NCBI RefSeq assembly: GCF_033153115.1
Contig: NW_026889761.1
Coordinates: 19,902,001 to 19,966,000 of the forward strand
Length of the DNA: 64,000 nucleotides
Reading direction: 5' to 3'
From: Saccostrea echinata
Lineage: Eukaryota
In this document: piece after piece, positions 10,946 through 24,658 of the stretch
Position numbering within the stretch: the stretch's first letter is position 1
How the letters are laid out: the number at the start of each line of letters is the position of its first letter
Position numbers and translations under genes: made by a program
The notes under the pieces: generated by a model
What the model saw: the letters and a program-made list of their open reading frames with translations, nothing else
The model's database searches: none
Told to the model about the DNA's origin: nothing

Positions 10946-13900
10946 TCAATCTTGTGACATACTCAAATTGTCAAGTTTTCTGCGCATGGGAGAGGAGAGA
11001 TTTTGCAGTTGATCCATCTTAATTTTCTTTGGAGTAACCTGTCCCCTTGGGGATTCTCCACTGAATCTTTTAGTGGGGCTTGGTGAGGGTGATAGAATGC
11101 TGGGCGAGGATGTACCATCATCAGAATCCTCTAACAAATCCCTTCCCTGCTCCTCAGTCCCAGATCTGTATAAACTAAAGCTGTTGTGGCTTCCTTCTTC
11201 AGAATTTTTTAACATCTTCTTTTTTGATTTGTAAGGAGGTGGAGACAACAGACTTGGGGATGATCTGTCACTGTCAGAATCACCATTAGACCTGGTACAT
11301 GTATTACCATTCTCTCTTTGGTCATCTTCAAAGCTTCTCTCTGCTACTTCACACAGTCTTGTCAATTCCTCATCCTCTGCATCATCAAAATCATCTTCCA
11401 TGTCATCCATTACTGCAACCTTGCTTTGCAAGAGACTCTGTGATTCTTCATCATTATCAGATTCATTTGTTTTCTTGGAAAAATCTTGTAGTCTGTTTTG
11501 CTCTTTTATTCTTGTAAATCCATTTTTCTTGACATCCAGACTGAAGTTCTCTTCTTCCATTTCATCATTTTCATCTGGACTTTGAGTGGCATCCGATTTA
11601 CATTCATCATTTTTCCAATCTGCCTCCTCCCTTTTGTCATTTTCAACACCAGATTTAACGTCAGGCAGAGGACCACAGTTCTCAAACAAAGCCTCATTTC
11701 TAAGTTGTTCCTCAGAGAAAAGCAGCAAGCTTTCATCAACTTCTGACCACTGACTTTCATTTGAGCTTTTATTCACATTTGGTGAATCTTGCTTTTGAAC
11801 AGGACTGACATTACTGAAGTTACTCAATGTCTGTCGGATTGATGGAGTTGACGTAGCTTGCTGACACAAAGGCTTGGGACTCTGAACATTGAGTCTGGAT
11901 GCCATGGGTGATATTGAATGAGAAGAAAAGTTCAGAGGTCTAGGCTGATAACAGGTTGAGGCTCGGGTGGGTGGTGGCTTGGAAAGTCCTGCCCTGGGGC
12001 TCTGAGGGTGTGGTTTGTAGGGGGACAGTTTTATTCTGGTAAACGTCTCTTCCTCTGGTTTGTCCATACAGAAACTGTTTGTCTGCGTGTATGGAAGAGA
12101 GTTGTTACAGACAGAATCCTCTGTATCTTCAGTTAAAGCCCGTAATGACTGATTCAATTTCTCTCGATTCTGAAACAAAAATCAGATCATATTTTTCGAA
12201 ATTTAAAAGATCCATAGCACTCACAACTTGAAATATTACATGTACAATCCAGTCAATTTAGAATTATTTAAATTATAGGCCCAATGTCATACTAATTGCA
12301 GAAATTATTTTGTGATAAATGAAATCTAATATGAACAAAAAAAAAAAATCTAAGAAAATCTGATGAAGGGAAAGCATAATTTTCATTGATTAATAACCTA
12401 TGGGAATTACTATGGAAAAGGGGCATAACTCTGTAAAGATATCCAATATTTCACTGTAGTATTCAAAATGTCTTGTTTTCCATGAAAGCATAATCTTTAT
12501 TTAATTTTTTTTGAGACAATTTAACTGATCATTATTTCACATAGATGATATACCTTTGAAATGGATACTTTGAACTTAATTTTGTACTTTTTTTGTAATC
12601 TGGAAATATTGGCATATTTTAATAGATATTGATTAAATGAAAATACAGAAATTTCCCTTGCTAGATTGAGATTCAGAATACATTGATCATTTCATTTCAT
12701 ACATTAATACTAAATATATTGAAAAAAAAATCCCTCAAGATTTAGAGACAAAATTTAACCTATGTTTTGATAATCTCTTAATACCCAAAATTTTATTGAT
12801 ACGAGGCAAGGGCACTCTGAAGTAAGCCTAAACTTCTGCAATATGTTTTTTTGTTGGGTATAAAGTTTTACTGCATTTATCAATGTCATTATACACAGTT
12901 TAATTTACTTCCTCTTTATTTTGGGTAGAAAAATGTACCAAAATTTACGAAAATGGCAAAAGTTATGCCCTTTCCATAGTATTTCTAAACCCCATATAAT
13001 GCTTTCCCCTTGTCTGATTTTGTTTGAGTTTTTATTACATTTATTTTGTGCATTCTAAGAGTTTATTTGTAACAAAAAAATTCTGTTACAATTACCAGTA
13101 GTTTGATGTTTTGACAGGACTAATAAATAAATACAAAAAGTTGCTTAATTTAGCACATTGATAAAATCAGATGCTTTTGTTTATTTCTACATAAACCAAG
13201 ACTTACAGGTAAAATTTTATTAAGTTGGTACTGGAGACTTGTGCACCTGACATTTGGTCTATTAGAGATGGCTTTACTCAGGACCATGTCTGATCCTACG
13301 ATGTACACCTCTTTTTTCCCGCGAGTGACTGCTGTGTAAACGTGCTGCCAATTCTGCCATGATACAGAACTTCCTAGATAGTACACCACTGTGCTGGTCT
13401 CAGATCCCTGGAAAAGAGAAGACAGTATGTAGCTGGATATCTAACCCTGATTTAATTTCAACTTGATTCTCAGACTTGATTTAAACAAAATTTGCAAACT
13501 TAAGAAAAATTTACATTGAAAACATTTAAAACACAAGTTTATAACAGAGTAAATAATTTATTCATTCAAGTGGGAAAAAAAATTATCATGATTTTTAACT
13601 TCTTCGCATTACATCCTTGATAATTGATGAGATTCATTTAACAATGTTTATCATGCCTTAAAAAAATACACGTGTAATAGTACAAATGACCTTTTGGCAT
13701 ATTTCACCTGAAATGTATGGATTGTTGTTGCCCATGCTTGTATGATATAACACACCCACCTGGAATGTACGGATTGTCGTTTACCATGCTTGTAAGATTT
13801 AAGAAACCTACCTGAAATGTATGAATTGTCCTTGCCCAGGCATGTATGATTTTACACTTGTTCCGGAGTTCTCTGAATTCACACCACAACTCCCTTGCAT

Positions 13901-16900
13901 CATCTGGGTCTTCATTTGACAGATACAGGTAGCGCTCAATTTTTCCACTATTATCTATGATGGTTTTGTCCTAAAAGATTCAGTAGAGGAAATATTTAAA
14001 AAAAAAGAAAGAACCTAAGTATGTAATAAGACTGTAGGTTTACTCCTAATTTATTTAGTATTAGAGAAAAGTTGCTCTTGAAAATATTTCTTTTTGTGAA
14101 ATTAACATTTACAGAACTTATAAAGTTTTCTAAATTTGTTTCAAGTTTCATGAAAATCAGATTAATGAAGAGAAGATTTTGAAAGAATTTAGCAGACTAT
14201 AAAAAACGATGGATTCCTGATGTGGCAAAATTTAAATCAAAGTGACAAGACTGTAATAAACAACATAAGGGGAGGTATTCCAAAACATTTGGTTGTTACA
14301 ATGTGATTTAAAGTTATGTTAAATAAAAGATTACATTGACTTCAAAATATTTTTACCATCTTTGATTAAAATTGCTTCCATAAAAAACTAAAGTTTTTGG
14401 TTTTAACAAATTGAAAGTGTTACAAACTCATTTTCTGTCTATATAATATATATGGTCAAATTATATATTATTAAAATGTGTTATAATTAAACATTATGTA
14501 CATGTACTACATATTACCATGCCACATATCCAGTTTTATATGCTTGTTAAATTGAATTAATGCTATAAGATGTATGTCTTGGGAAATAAAGATTACTTAT
14601 AAGTCAGACTTACATCTTTAATGAAAAAGATCTCGCCATTGCAAAGTCTAATTCTCACTGGTTCTTTCTTTTCGTTTTCTTCCTGGGTTAATCGAAATGC
14701 ACCATTATCCTGAGTTTCATTTCCTTGTCCCACTCCTGAAATTTCTAGATCCTCAGAAAAGTTTTCCTCTTTCTCTGGTTCCAGTAATTTTGGTTTCATA
14801 ACAGCACCATCTTCTTCATACATAGAAACCTGGCCATTTTTGGTCATGCAGATTTTGTCCCCCACTTGAAATATGAGTTTCTTTTTGTTGTCTTTCTGTG
14901 GGTGATTGTTGTAGAATTTTAAGCAGACTTCATTTACCTTTTTGATATCCTCCCTGAAATTTCAAACATGACAAAATCACAGATTGCTATATTAAATCAT
15001 TGAGTATTATGCATGTAATGTTTCAGAAAGTACCAAGTGCATTGAAATTTAGATATTCAATAGATCAGAAAAATATGCATTTGTTTTGTTCTGAAACTTT
15101 TTTCATTGATTTTTCAATATAATGGAATTTTTGTTGTGTTCTGTAACCATTGGTAACATTGTGATGTTGTCTGATGCATATGTGACTTAGTTATTAGTCT
15201 TTTTGCAAGGTCAAGTGAAAACAGTATATGGAATTTAATATTTGGTCAGCAGGTCACAGAGGGGGTATCGATTTGATATTTGGTCAGTAGGCAATATGAT
15301 ATAGCTTTATATGGTACATGTATTCTTCTCGACCAATGATATTTCAAGATTTTAATCAGTGGCAATATAAGTAGAACTGGATGGTTAGGAATTTTTTTTC
15401 CCCACTTTTTAAAATCAGGATAATTTTTGGACACCTGACCCCAGGATCATGAAACAGACTTGGATAAAAATTTCGATTATCAACAAAATGTTCATTACTT
15501 GTAAACTGAAAGTCTTAATTTACATACAACATTATGTCTATTAATGCAAATTTAAAAGCATCTTCATTTTGGACTGCTTTATTTCTAAATAATGTCAGCG
15601 CATTAATATACATTTTTTGACTTAAGCTTAAGATGTTTCCTGATCCTAGGGCCTGTACCTTAGTTGTTACTGTAAATGTTCAACTCTGGATTTTTTGGAA
15701 TCATTATTGTTTAAGGGGAACCAATTTCAAGGATCACCCTTCACTCTTACCCATGAATAAACATCCCCATGAACAATAACTTTTAACACATCAGTTCATC
15801 GAATCTTCTGTAAAAATGAGTTACCCACAACATTAATCCATACAAACTATTAAAATACTGGTTGCCCTCAAACACTGACTCTCACACATTTAAATGTTTC
15901 CAATGTACATTAAAATACAATTGTGTCCCATTTCAAAGTATCCAAAACAATTTCCGACTACAAATTGTGCATCTTTTTTGTTTTTTTTAAAACATTTCTA
16001 TGCACAAAACAATTTCCCAACTACAAATTGTGCATCCTTTTTTTTTAAAAACAATTCTATGCAGCACATTTGATTTTTTTTTTTTTTGAGAACTTACTTT
16101 TTAAATGAAACAAACTGTGAAGTTTTATCATTCCGCAGGGATTTCTCTTTCCTTAGTACCTCAAGCACCACTGAAAAATACCAATAAAAGAATAACAATT
16201 TGGAAAAGATGAAAACTTTGAGAGAATACTGCTTTAATGGTCGCAAAATTCAAAACTGTGGAAAAAGATGCTCTGTAAAGCCACTGAAATTTTTAAAAGA
16301 ACCAGCTTTTTGTTTCAATGGAGAGGCTTCCATCTGAAAGATCTTATCACAATTAACTTACCTTGATTGATATAGTCATTGTCCTTGTCTGCGATCACTC
16401 TATAAAGCTTGAAGTTTCTCTCCGGGTCAAAGACCGGGGTTCTCTGCTCAGAAATCCTTGTCGCGTTATCAATGATCAGCTGAGATTCAGATCTGTGATT
16501 GGTCCTTAGTTCTACTGCACACCATAGATTCTGCAGGCCAGCAAACATGTCCGAGAGAAAGTTACCAGGCTCAATAGACGGCAGTTGTCTAACGTCTCCT
16601 AGCAACACGATTCTTCTGAGATTAGCCTCCTTTACTAACATTTTGAATAAGCTATGGAAAGTTGTTATGGCAACCAATGAGCATTCATCCACGACAAGTG
16701 TGTTCACATTCTTAAACCTCCACTCCAGATATGGCTTCTCCTTTCTCTCCTGACAATATCTCATAAAGCTGTAGGTGACTTGATGGAGAGTGTAGCCTGT
16801 TTCACCTGCTCTCTTGCCCAGTAAATTGGCAGCTTTGCCTGTAGGAGCTGTGTAGAGTATCCTTGGTAATTGAGGTAACTCTTGACTTTCGGGTGGGACA

Positions 16901-19900
16901 CAGTTTTCTTCTTTTTCAACATCTTCTTCGCCTTCCATATGTGGTGAACTAAGAAAATTTAAAAAAAAAAACATGGAAAGCTCAAAACATTACATATCAA
17001 AATTAATATCAAACAAGTCTTCTATGAAAAAGAAATTGCTTGCTTGCAAGAAAATGCCACTAACTGACAAAACTAATCACTTCATGTGTGCACTACTACA
17101 TTAATAGGCAGAAAGCTTTACCTTATTGCATGAAAATTAATAAACTCAAAACCAAACATCCTATATATTATACTGTAAAAATATTACATCTGGTCATGAA
17201 TTCTTTTTAACACTTTAGGCAGCATCAGCTAAATCAAGTACCTAGCTAAATGTCTTTATACATGTATATAGATACAGTCAAATCTCGTTATCTTGAACTC
17301 CAAGGGACCGAGAAAATACTTTGAGATAACCGAGGATTCGAGATATCCAGGACAAAATACTTAATAAGTAGTTGGGACTTCAAAATGACTTCGACATATC
17401 CATGGTATTTGAGATATACGTCTTTGAGATACCGAAGTTCAACTGTATATTAATATCTAGCAAATTCAGAAATGTGCTGAATGAAATCTAAATTCACTTG
17501 TTAAAAAATCAATTTCTGTCAAATATTATACATGCTACATATAATACATTTACAGCTACTTTGATATATTGCAGCAGAAGAATGCCTTCAATGAAAAACA
17601 TACCTAATTCTTTGCTGGCATGATGACATCACCTTTGTAACCACAGTTGTTTTACCACACCCACCCTTCCCAGAAATCACTACTACAGGAAGCTGGGTCA
17701 GTAATTTAGCAGCATTCAGTTGGTCAGGATCACTCCGAATACCAGCAAATTTTTCACTGAAAGTAATGTTTAAAAAAAAATTTCCTTTTGAATATCAAAC
17801 GGTGTTCGATCATCAGATTTTATAAATAGTAATTTGCTTAATACATGTACTGTAGATCATCAAATTTTCACAACCTTTTATTTTCATGAGAAAGTTTGGT
17901 AATGTATTCATAAGTGAGAAATATATATATATCCTTTGATAACACAAAAACATGTCAGAATGAAATTGGTCTCATGTACGTACACAAAAAGAAAGTTCTT
18001 GTAATACCGATAAAAAGTGATTTTCAGTACCAAGATATTAAAGTCAAATCGATTCCCATTTAAAGAGAGTCTATAATTCAACTCTTTTGCATTCAGGTAT
18101 CATAATTATAGAAAGAGATTTTTAACCATTTCAGACTACAAATGGCAATTCAAAACTAATCTCTCAAGATCCAATTTCTTGAGGCTTATTTGACCACATC
18201 TGAACACATGTCTGGTAACCTTTGTGACACTGTGTGGCTATATATAGAACTAACCTCCAGATCCATATTGATCATTAGGGCAGGTATGTTGACCTTTTAT
18301 GACACTCAGTGGCTATATATAGAACTAACCTCTCCAGATCAACATCTAGAATCCACTGCTCCTCCATCTGCTCCTGGAAGAGACGTGTCACCCCCTGTGC
18401 GATGTACTCCTCTGCTTTATACAGACTATACAGGAATATCCAGACCACCCCCTTTATGGTCTCCTCCTTCACCACTTTATTCCTCTTAAGGAAACTGATT
18501 GCCTCCTTGTAATTCAACATATAAGTTTGCATTTCTTCTTGAATTTTTCGACTTTTGAGTCCTGTGTGGCCCTCTTTCGTCTGGACTTTAAGATAATCGT
18601 AGATCAGTAATCCATCTCTGTAGGGCTGTTGTAGGTGCTGTGCAAGACCTGCTTTCTCGTAATAATTCCACTGAGCTTCACATCCAATGATGTGGTGGTC
18701 CTTACTTAAAATCTAGTATATCAAAATAATTTGGATATTTTGTTAACTATTTCAATTGAGTAAAGAAAACTTCATCACTGTTATGTTTTTTTGTTTTGTT
18801 TTTTTTTAAACTGCTTTAATCAACCTTAAAAAGTTGTGATATAGAACTCACTTTTTTCAAAACACTCACCTGTTTAAAGCCAAACACCCATGGTCTCTCA
18901 TTTAAATCTTTTTCCATGGCTGCCAGATCCTGTGTGTCCATACAGATGATATCTAGGAACTGCATTGGTAGAAGCTGAGGCAACAAACTAAACATCAGAG
19001 GAAATTCTGAAGCTTTATAAACCAGCTGGGCCTCTGTAACACAAACATTTCTCAACACTAGATCACACTGCACATCAACTTTACACTTTTATACAATCCT
19101 GCTGATTCTCATACTAGCCCTTTATTTGTAACTCGTAGTTTTGGGAGTAATTAACTATGTGATCACCTTCTGGATTTTACATGAATCATTCTTTAATTAT
19201 AATGTTTATAAACATGCTGAGACATGAACCATATATGTATCGCCCCCCCCCCTCCCCTCCCCCCACCCCGATGCCATTGCAACATTCCCTAGTATGAATC
19301 TTCTATCTAGATGAAGGCAGACTTTTGTCATGGACAACAACTTAAGCAGGTTGGTTGTGAATATATGCATTTTTCCCAATTGTTTACATACAGAATAAAT
19401 TTGCTTAACCAATACCACACTGTTTGTAATTACGCAGTTTTACACCAAGGACAGAATTACCTTCACTATCTACAGCATTCCTTAACTTTCTAGCCTTTAC
19501 TTTCTCATCTTCAGGAAGGTAGTTCTCAAACTTGTCCAAAAGTTCATAGACATCCTCAAAGGTCAACTTGTGCCGCTCCCCTAATGTGTTACTACAACCA
19601 CAAAATAACATACTGCTAAACAGCCAAACAAAAATACTTCATGTTTATGATTATTAAATATGTGTGCATTCTTTTGTAATACTGTATACAGGGTTATTTT
19701 TGCCCTTTTATACTTGCAAACAATTTTGCCCCATTTTAAATTTGCCTAGTCACAGTTTTAAGAAATTATACTGTGTTCTTTGAATTTGCCCCATTCTAAA
19801 TTTGTCCACCTGAGAGTAGGGCGAAAGGGGCGAAAATAAAACCATGGCGAAAATTTCCCTGTATAAAATGTTCTTTAAATCTACAGTTTTCCATTTCTTT

Positions 19901-21208
19901 TTTTTCCTTTATTTTCCTATACAATTGATGTTTCTTTTTTTAAATGGAATGTAAAATTTCTAAAAATAATTCAAATAATTCTTTCACATAGATCTTTACC
20001 AAACAAACTTGTCGAAGTCCTCCACATCTGGATCTGTGCTGTAATCATGAATTCTATGATGACGCTGACCTCTCCTCTCTATGTCTTCCTGCTTTTTATT
20101 CACCTGTGACGTGAACTTGTTAAGGAATTGGAACAAGACTCCATTCTTTAGCACCCACTCCTTTTCCAGGAGCTGGTAAGACATGGCACACATGTCAGAC
20201 TGATGAGATAAGCCATCAAACTTTCTATCTGTTCTCAAAATTTGGATCCGCCACCAGGGATCAATGAGATGAAATCCAGCGTTAACGTCCACTCGGCATC
20301 TTTTTCTCTGGTCAACCAATGTCCCTACGACATATTTTACAAAATACAGACTGACTCACCATGCTCACAAATGACATATAGTGAAATACAGTCAAACCTT
20401 GTTATCTCGAACTCGATGGGACTGAGAAAAACTTCGAGATATCGAGGGAAAATACTTAAGAAATACGTGGCAAGGACTTCCCAGTCACTTCAACATATCC
20501 ATGGTTTTCGAGATACCGAAGTTCAACTGCATACTTTCCCTTCAATTTCCTTGGTTAATGGAGTAATAACCAACTGTTCAATGGTGGTGGGGGGTTAAAA
20601 GCGTGTACAGCTGAGATCATACATTTAAAATCTGCATGAAGACTAATGACATCATGTTTGACATTCTAAATTTATGATAAAATATCTATCTTGATGTCTA
20701 AAAAATGTACCACCAAGTCATTGCAGGTTAAAAAAATGAATCAAAGACATACCAGTACTTTCAACTTTACATTTATTTACAGTATATTTCTGTTTATCAT
20801 ATAACAGGTGAAAAAAAAAATATTTAAAACTCATTCTTAGGAATAGTGTGTCTTGTAATGCAAAATTCCCAGAACTAAACTGTTCAATTCCAAAAACTGC
20901 ACTATAACACATAAGCATGGTTTTTGCAGGATTAAAATGGATATTTTTTTTTTCATTTTGTGATCAAATCCCCCGTATACATAGATACCTTTAATTCCTC
21001 TTTGTTTCGTCCTCTTGAGGAATGTTTTTCCTCCACTAAATGAGGACTTGATTTCTTTAAAACTGAGGAACTGTACTTCTTCCTCCTCTTCCTCACTGTC
21101 ATCATCATCATCTGAATCATGGTGGTCAAACGGTCTGAACACTCCACATACAGGGTTTTGGGTTTGAACTTTTTTTCTTCTGTTCCATTCTCTTGTGTAT
21201 CTCTTCAT
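10946..21208 (-). CDS. HELB: DNA helicase B (SF1B, RecD-like), about 1319 aa
   Basis: Coding exons 21208-20989, 20324-20000, 19591-19461, 19033-18870, 18712-18330, 17756-17604, 16948-16362, 16170-16098, 14953-14614, 13970-13812, 13407-13207, 12169-10946; phase-consistent, 3960 nt. Motifs SGKGGCGKTT (Walker A), YTAPTGKAA, LVVDECSLV, LGDVRQLPSIEPGN, TNHRSES, HAWARTIHTFQGSE, QHVYTAVTRG, N-terminal FHLIDPWWRI and an SP/TP-rich tail all match vertebrate HELB. Confidence 0.93.
13700..13850 (-). repeat. 52-bp degenerate tandem copies of a HELB exon end plus donor
   Basis: Donors CAG|GT at 13811, 13759 and 13707, each preceded by a copy of the HAWARTIHTFQ-coding sequence. Confidence 0.8.
15438..15652. 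mobile_element. Harbinger-type MITE
   Basis: Imperfect TIRs ACCCCAGGATCATGAAACA / TGTTTCCTGATCCTAGGGC with CTG on both sides; TIR similar to the terminus at about 1235-1255. Confidence 0.65.
17273..17446. mobile_element. Tc1/mariner-pogo-type MITE (family also at ~1480-1624 and 20387-20532)
   Basis: TA-CAGTCAAATCTCGTTATCT...CGAAGTTCAACTG-TA; three related copies in the window. Confidence 0.7.
20387..20532. mobile_element. Tc1/mariner-pogo-type MITE
   Basis: TACAGTCAAACCTTGTTATCTCGAACTC...CCGAAGTTCAACTG; same family as 17273-17446. Confidence 0.65.
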
Positions 21209-21683
21209 CTCACTGTGGCACAAATAAAAATCATGTATATCAATATAATGGTCACCCCTAAAATTCTTTTGCTTTTACCATTTACTATGAATACATGCAT
21301 TTACATAAACATTTTTTTTTAGTTTTAATTGTCTATCAATGGCTATTTAGCTGTTGCGTAATCAGAATTGTTTAATTTTTTTTCCATTGGAATACATGCT
21401 TCAATGTACCAGGTAATCAATGTGCAAATTAAGATTTTTTTTTGGCACAAATCTTTCATATTTAGGCACTTTGGCTCAGTGGTTATCAGTGGGAGTATAT
21501 AAGAGCATGCTCTGAGTATGATCAATTTCTAGCTGTGGCAGGCTACTGACAAATAAGTTGCAACTGTTGCCATTACAGAACTTTCTACAAGCTTTTTTAA
21601 AGTCAGGATTTTGCAAATTCTATGTCCTTGTTTGCAAATTATAATTCTTTGTTTTCAAATACAACCTATCCCTGAGTTGTATT

Positions 21684-21851
21684 CAGGGTTGTCCCCAAGA
21701 CCTGGGGGCCGGGGAATTTCCCCACTTATAATGATGTAGTCCCCTGGTTACTCTGGTGTTCTCCCTCATCACCCTGTTAATGGAGGAACCCCAGACCCCC
21801 TTCTACTTTTTAAATGTCCCCCTGCTATTTTAATTCTTAGGGACAACCCTG
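21684..21851. mobile_element. hAT-like MITE
   Basis: CAGGGTTGTCCCCAAGA...TCTTAGGGACAACCCTG terminal inverted repeats. Confidence 0.55.
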
Positions 21852-21899
21852 TGTATTTCATACTAATTGTTAGGTTTTTATTTGACTATGGATTACATT

Positions 21900-22438
21900 T
21901 TACCCCACCTCTGTTGATTTTTCGATGAAATCCTGGCTTACGATTGGTTGAAGTCTGTCACGTGAAGGGGGTGTATTACTTATACCTAGTCGCTTGAAAA
22001 TCAATACATGGTCGATACGGAGTTATCGCTCTTTTGTAACGTTCGAACAACTCGAGTTCACGCGATTTGCAGAGTGTCTGTTGACAATGTTACAGTTAAC
22101 TAATGTAAGTAACGAAGATGGAACCTTTTTCTCCCTTTACTGAAAGTCTTCAAAACTGTCAGTACGTTATTACAGCACGAAACACTCGCAAAACAACATT
22201 ACGTCACACAACGTGACGTCATAATAGGCCTAGTGAGAAAAACAATTTTACAAACCACAGACAATGCATAAATATTTTATCGGTGGGGTAAATTCGTTAC
22301 ATAGTTTTTTAGTGACAGGGTACGGGATGATACCTAGTTAGTAAATTCCACACCTGGCTCGGCTTCGCCTCGCCAGGTATGAAATCTACTAACCAGGTAT
22401 CATCCCGTACCCTGTCACTAAAAAACTATGTAACTAAT
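21900..22438 (+). mobile_element. Hairpin-ended non-autonomous element (Crypton-like), copy A
   Basis: About 540 bp ending in a ~135-nt palindrome centred on GGCTTCGCC (about 22296-22433); nearly identical inverted copy at 23540-24658. The family assignment is tentative. Confidence 0.6.
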
Positions 22439-22524
22439 AGTACTCTGTTTACCTGACCAATACAGAGGACTCACAACTGGTGTGGTCGGTTGAGAGGGGA
22501 TTCTTTAGTACAGCTAGGCACCTG

Positions 22525-22745
22525 GGGCCCCGTTTTACAAAAGAACTTACGACGAAAACCAAAAACTTAAAATGATTGTAAAATTTTTCAAAATTAATGA
22601 TTCTTTTTAAAATTGCTAGCATAAAAATATCTTTCTACGTTCCTTTTAAAAAGATTAAAACCATTTTTAATTTAATGTAAATTAGAAAGTTATAAGCAGA
22701 TATAAATTTTGGTCTTAGTTGTAAGTTCTTTTGTAAAACGGGCCC
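22525..22745. mobile_element. Harbinger MITE
   Basis: TIRs GGGCCCCGTTTTACAAAAGAACTTAC / GTAAGTTCTTTTGTAAAACGGGCCC with a CTG target-site duplication; it splits an older repeat (GGCACCTG|ATCCCACCTCTGG). Confidence 0.85.
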
Positions 22746-23039
22746 CTGATCCCACCTCTGGCATTTCTAGAGGTCAGTGTTTATGCCCTTTCAAGTTTTG
22801 TATTGTTGTGATTTATGAGATTTATCACAGATTCTTATCTTCACCTTTCTAATTGATATCTCCTTAATATATTCTATATATGCAACAAACTATTCAATTT
22901 TTTCCCTTGAAGACCCCCCCCCCTCCCCCCAATAAGTTATGCTGTAATTTTTTGTGTGCTCAAGAACTGCAAATAATTTACACCTCTTCACATCACAATA
23001 TTTAAATTTAATTTTCATGTGAAATGAATTGGACAGTGG

Positions 23040-23420
23040 ATATCGGCCTAGGTAGGTCAGTTGGTTGAGCACATGACTAGTCAGTAGTGTCAGTTGGTTG
23101 AGCACATGACTAATCAGTAGTGATGCTGGGGTCTGGAGTTCTATTTCTAGTTCAGCCATACATTTTTTCCTGTTACATAATTTGATGCCATTGACCTCCC
23201 CTGAACATGCAGGTGAAAGTCTTGCCAGGGGCAAATAAGAACTTGGGTTGTGTCTTCAAGGGTGAAGACTGTGACAATTTAAGGAGGGAGGAATGTAATG
23301 GTTTGGGCCATGGATATCTGCCGGAGTAGCTCAGTTGGTAAAGCACTTGACTAGAGATCAGGGATCCCGGATTCGATTGCAGGTCCAGTCATACATTTTC
23401 TCCTTTCCTGATTTACATAA
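23040..23420 (+). mobile_element. tRNA-derived SINE-like repeats (two heads; a related copy at ~34578-34665)
   Basis: A-box-like TAGCTCAGTTGGTA and B-box-like GGATTCGATT motifs followed by a shared tail CCATACATTTTCTCCTTTCCTGTTACA; no intact cloverleaf. Confidence 0.6.
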
Positions 23421-23539
23421 ATTTAATATATACTAATAATTACTAATAGTATGTGGGCCCCTGCTAAAGCATAACAAATGGAAACGATTACAAGCTCAAT
23501 AAATGTAGGAATGACAAGCTAGTACTTTTGATAAGGTAT

Positions 23540-24658
23540 TATTAGTTACATAGTTTTTTAGTGACAGGGTACGGGATGATACCTGGTTAGTAAATTTCAT
23601 ACCTGGCGAGGCAAAGCCGAGCCAGGTATGGAATTTACTAACCAGGTATCATCCCGTACCCTGTACTTCAAAACTATGTAATGAATTTACCCCACCGATA
23701 AAATATTTATACATTGTCTGTGGTTTATAAAATTGTTTTTCTCACTATATGTATGTTTCATCACTCATACAATGCCTATTATGACGTCACGTTGTGTGAC
23801 GTAATGTTGTTTTGCGAGTGTTTCGTGCTATAGGCTAATAATTTAATTTTGTTTGTATTCTAGCCTCTGATTGGTTAATATCCAAAAAGGAACACAAATT
23901 ATTTCTGTATAACCTGGTTTGGTATGGGGACACACCCCCCTGACAACCAGCTGAATCGTCTGTATCCATGCAATCCTCTCATTTCCAGTCCTCGGGATTC
24001 ATGGAAAATTCCAGATTTAATAAATGTATCTTTAACTTCAAACAGTAACTTGCATCTTACCAAATGTAAACAAAACAACATGGCTGCTAGGACTATGTAT
24101 CAGTTTTTACCTCCCCTCACTTCCCATCACTTCCGTTACTAGGGTTGTATTATTGAGCGGCAAATTTGAACTAATAAAAAGCAACGAAATTTTACACCCA
24201 CAGTTGTTTAATGATTTTAGAATTAAATTATAAGGAATGACTCTAATTCTTGGCCAAATTATTCGAGTATAACCTGGTTTGGGTCAGTTTACGCTGTTTT
24301 ATAATCCGCTTCGCGGATTATAAAGCGTAAACTGACCCAAACCAGGTTATACTCGAATACTTTGGCCAAGAATTAGAGTCATTCCTAAAATAACGTACTG
24401 ACAGTTTTGAAGACTTTCAGTAAAGGGAGAAAAAGGTTCCATCTTCGTTACTTACATTAGTTAACTGTAACATTGTCTACAGACACTCAGCAAATCGTGT
24501 GAACTCGAGTTGTTCGAACGTTACAAATGAACAATAAACGTATCGACCATGTATTGATTTTCAAGCGACTAGGTATAAGTAATACACCCCCTTCACGTGA
24601 CAGACTTCAACCAATCGTAAGCCAGGATTTCATCAAAAAATCAACAGAGGTGGGGTAA
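23540..24658 (-). mobile_element. Hairpin-ended non-autonomous element, copy B (inverted), interrupted by a nested insertion
   Basis: Reverse complement of 21900-22438, with about 555 bp inserted at 23837-24390. Confidence 0.65.
23837..24390 (+). mobile_element. Second hairpin-ended element family (Crypton-like), nested copy
   Basis: Ends in a ~155-nt palindrome centred on CCGCTTCGCGG (24233-24387); near-identical copy at 39764-40314. Confidence 0.7.

Noticed and set aside
16315-17756. Bacterial or phage RecD, or a Helitron helicase
   Set aside because: Interrupted by spliceosomal introns, motifs match HELB, and no Rep domain is present.
23320-23395. Functional tRNA gene
   Set aside because: A/B-box-like motifs are present, but the acceptor and T stems do not pair well and the copies share a non-tRNA tail; SINE-like.
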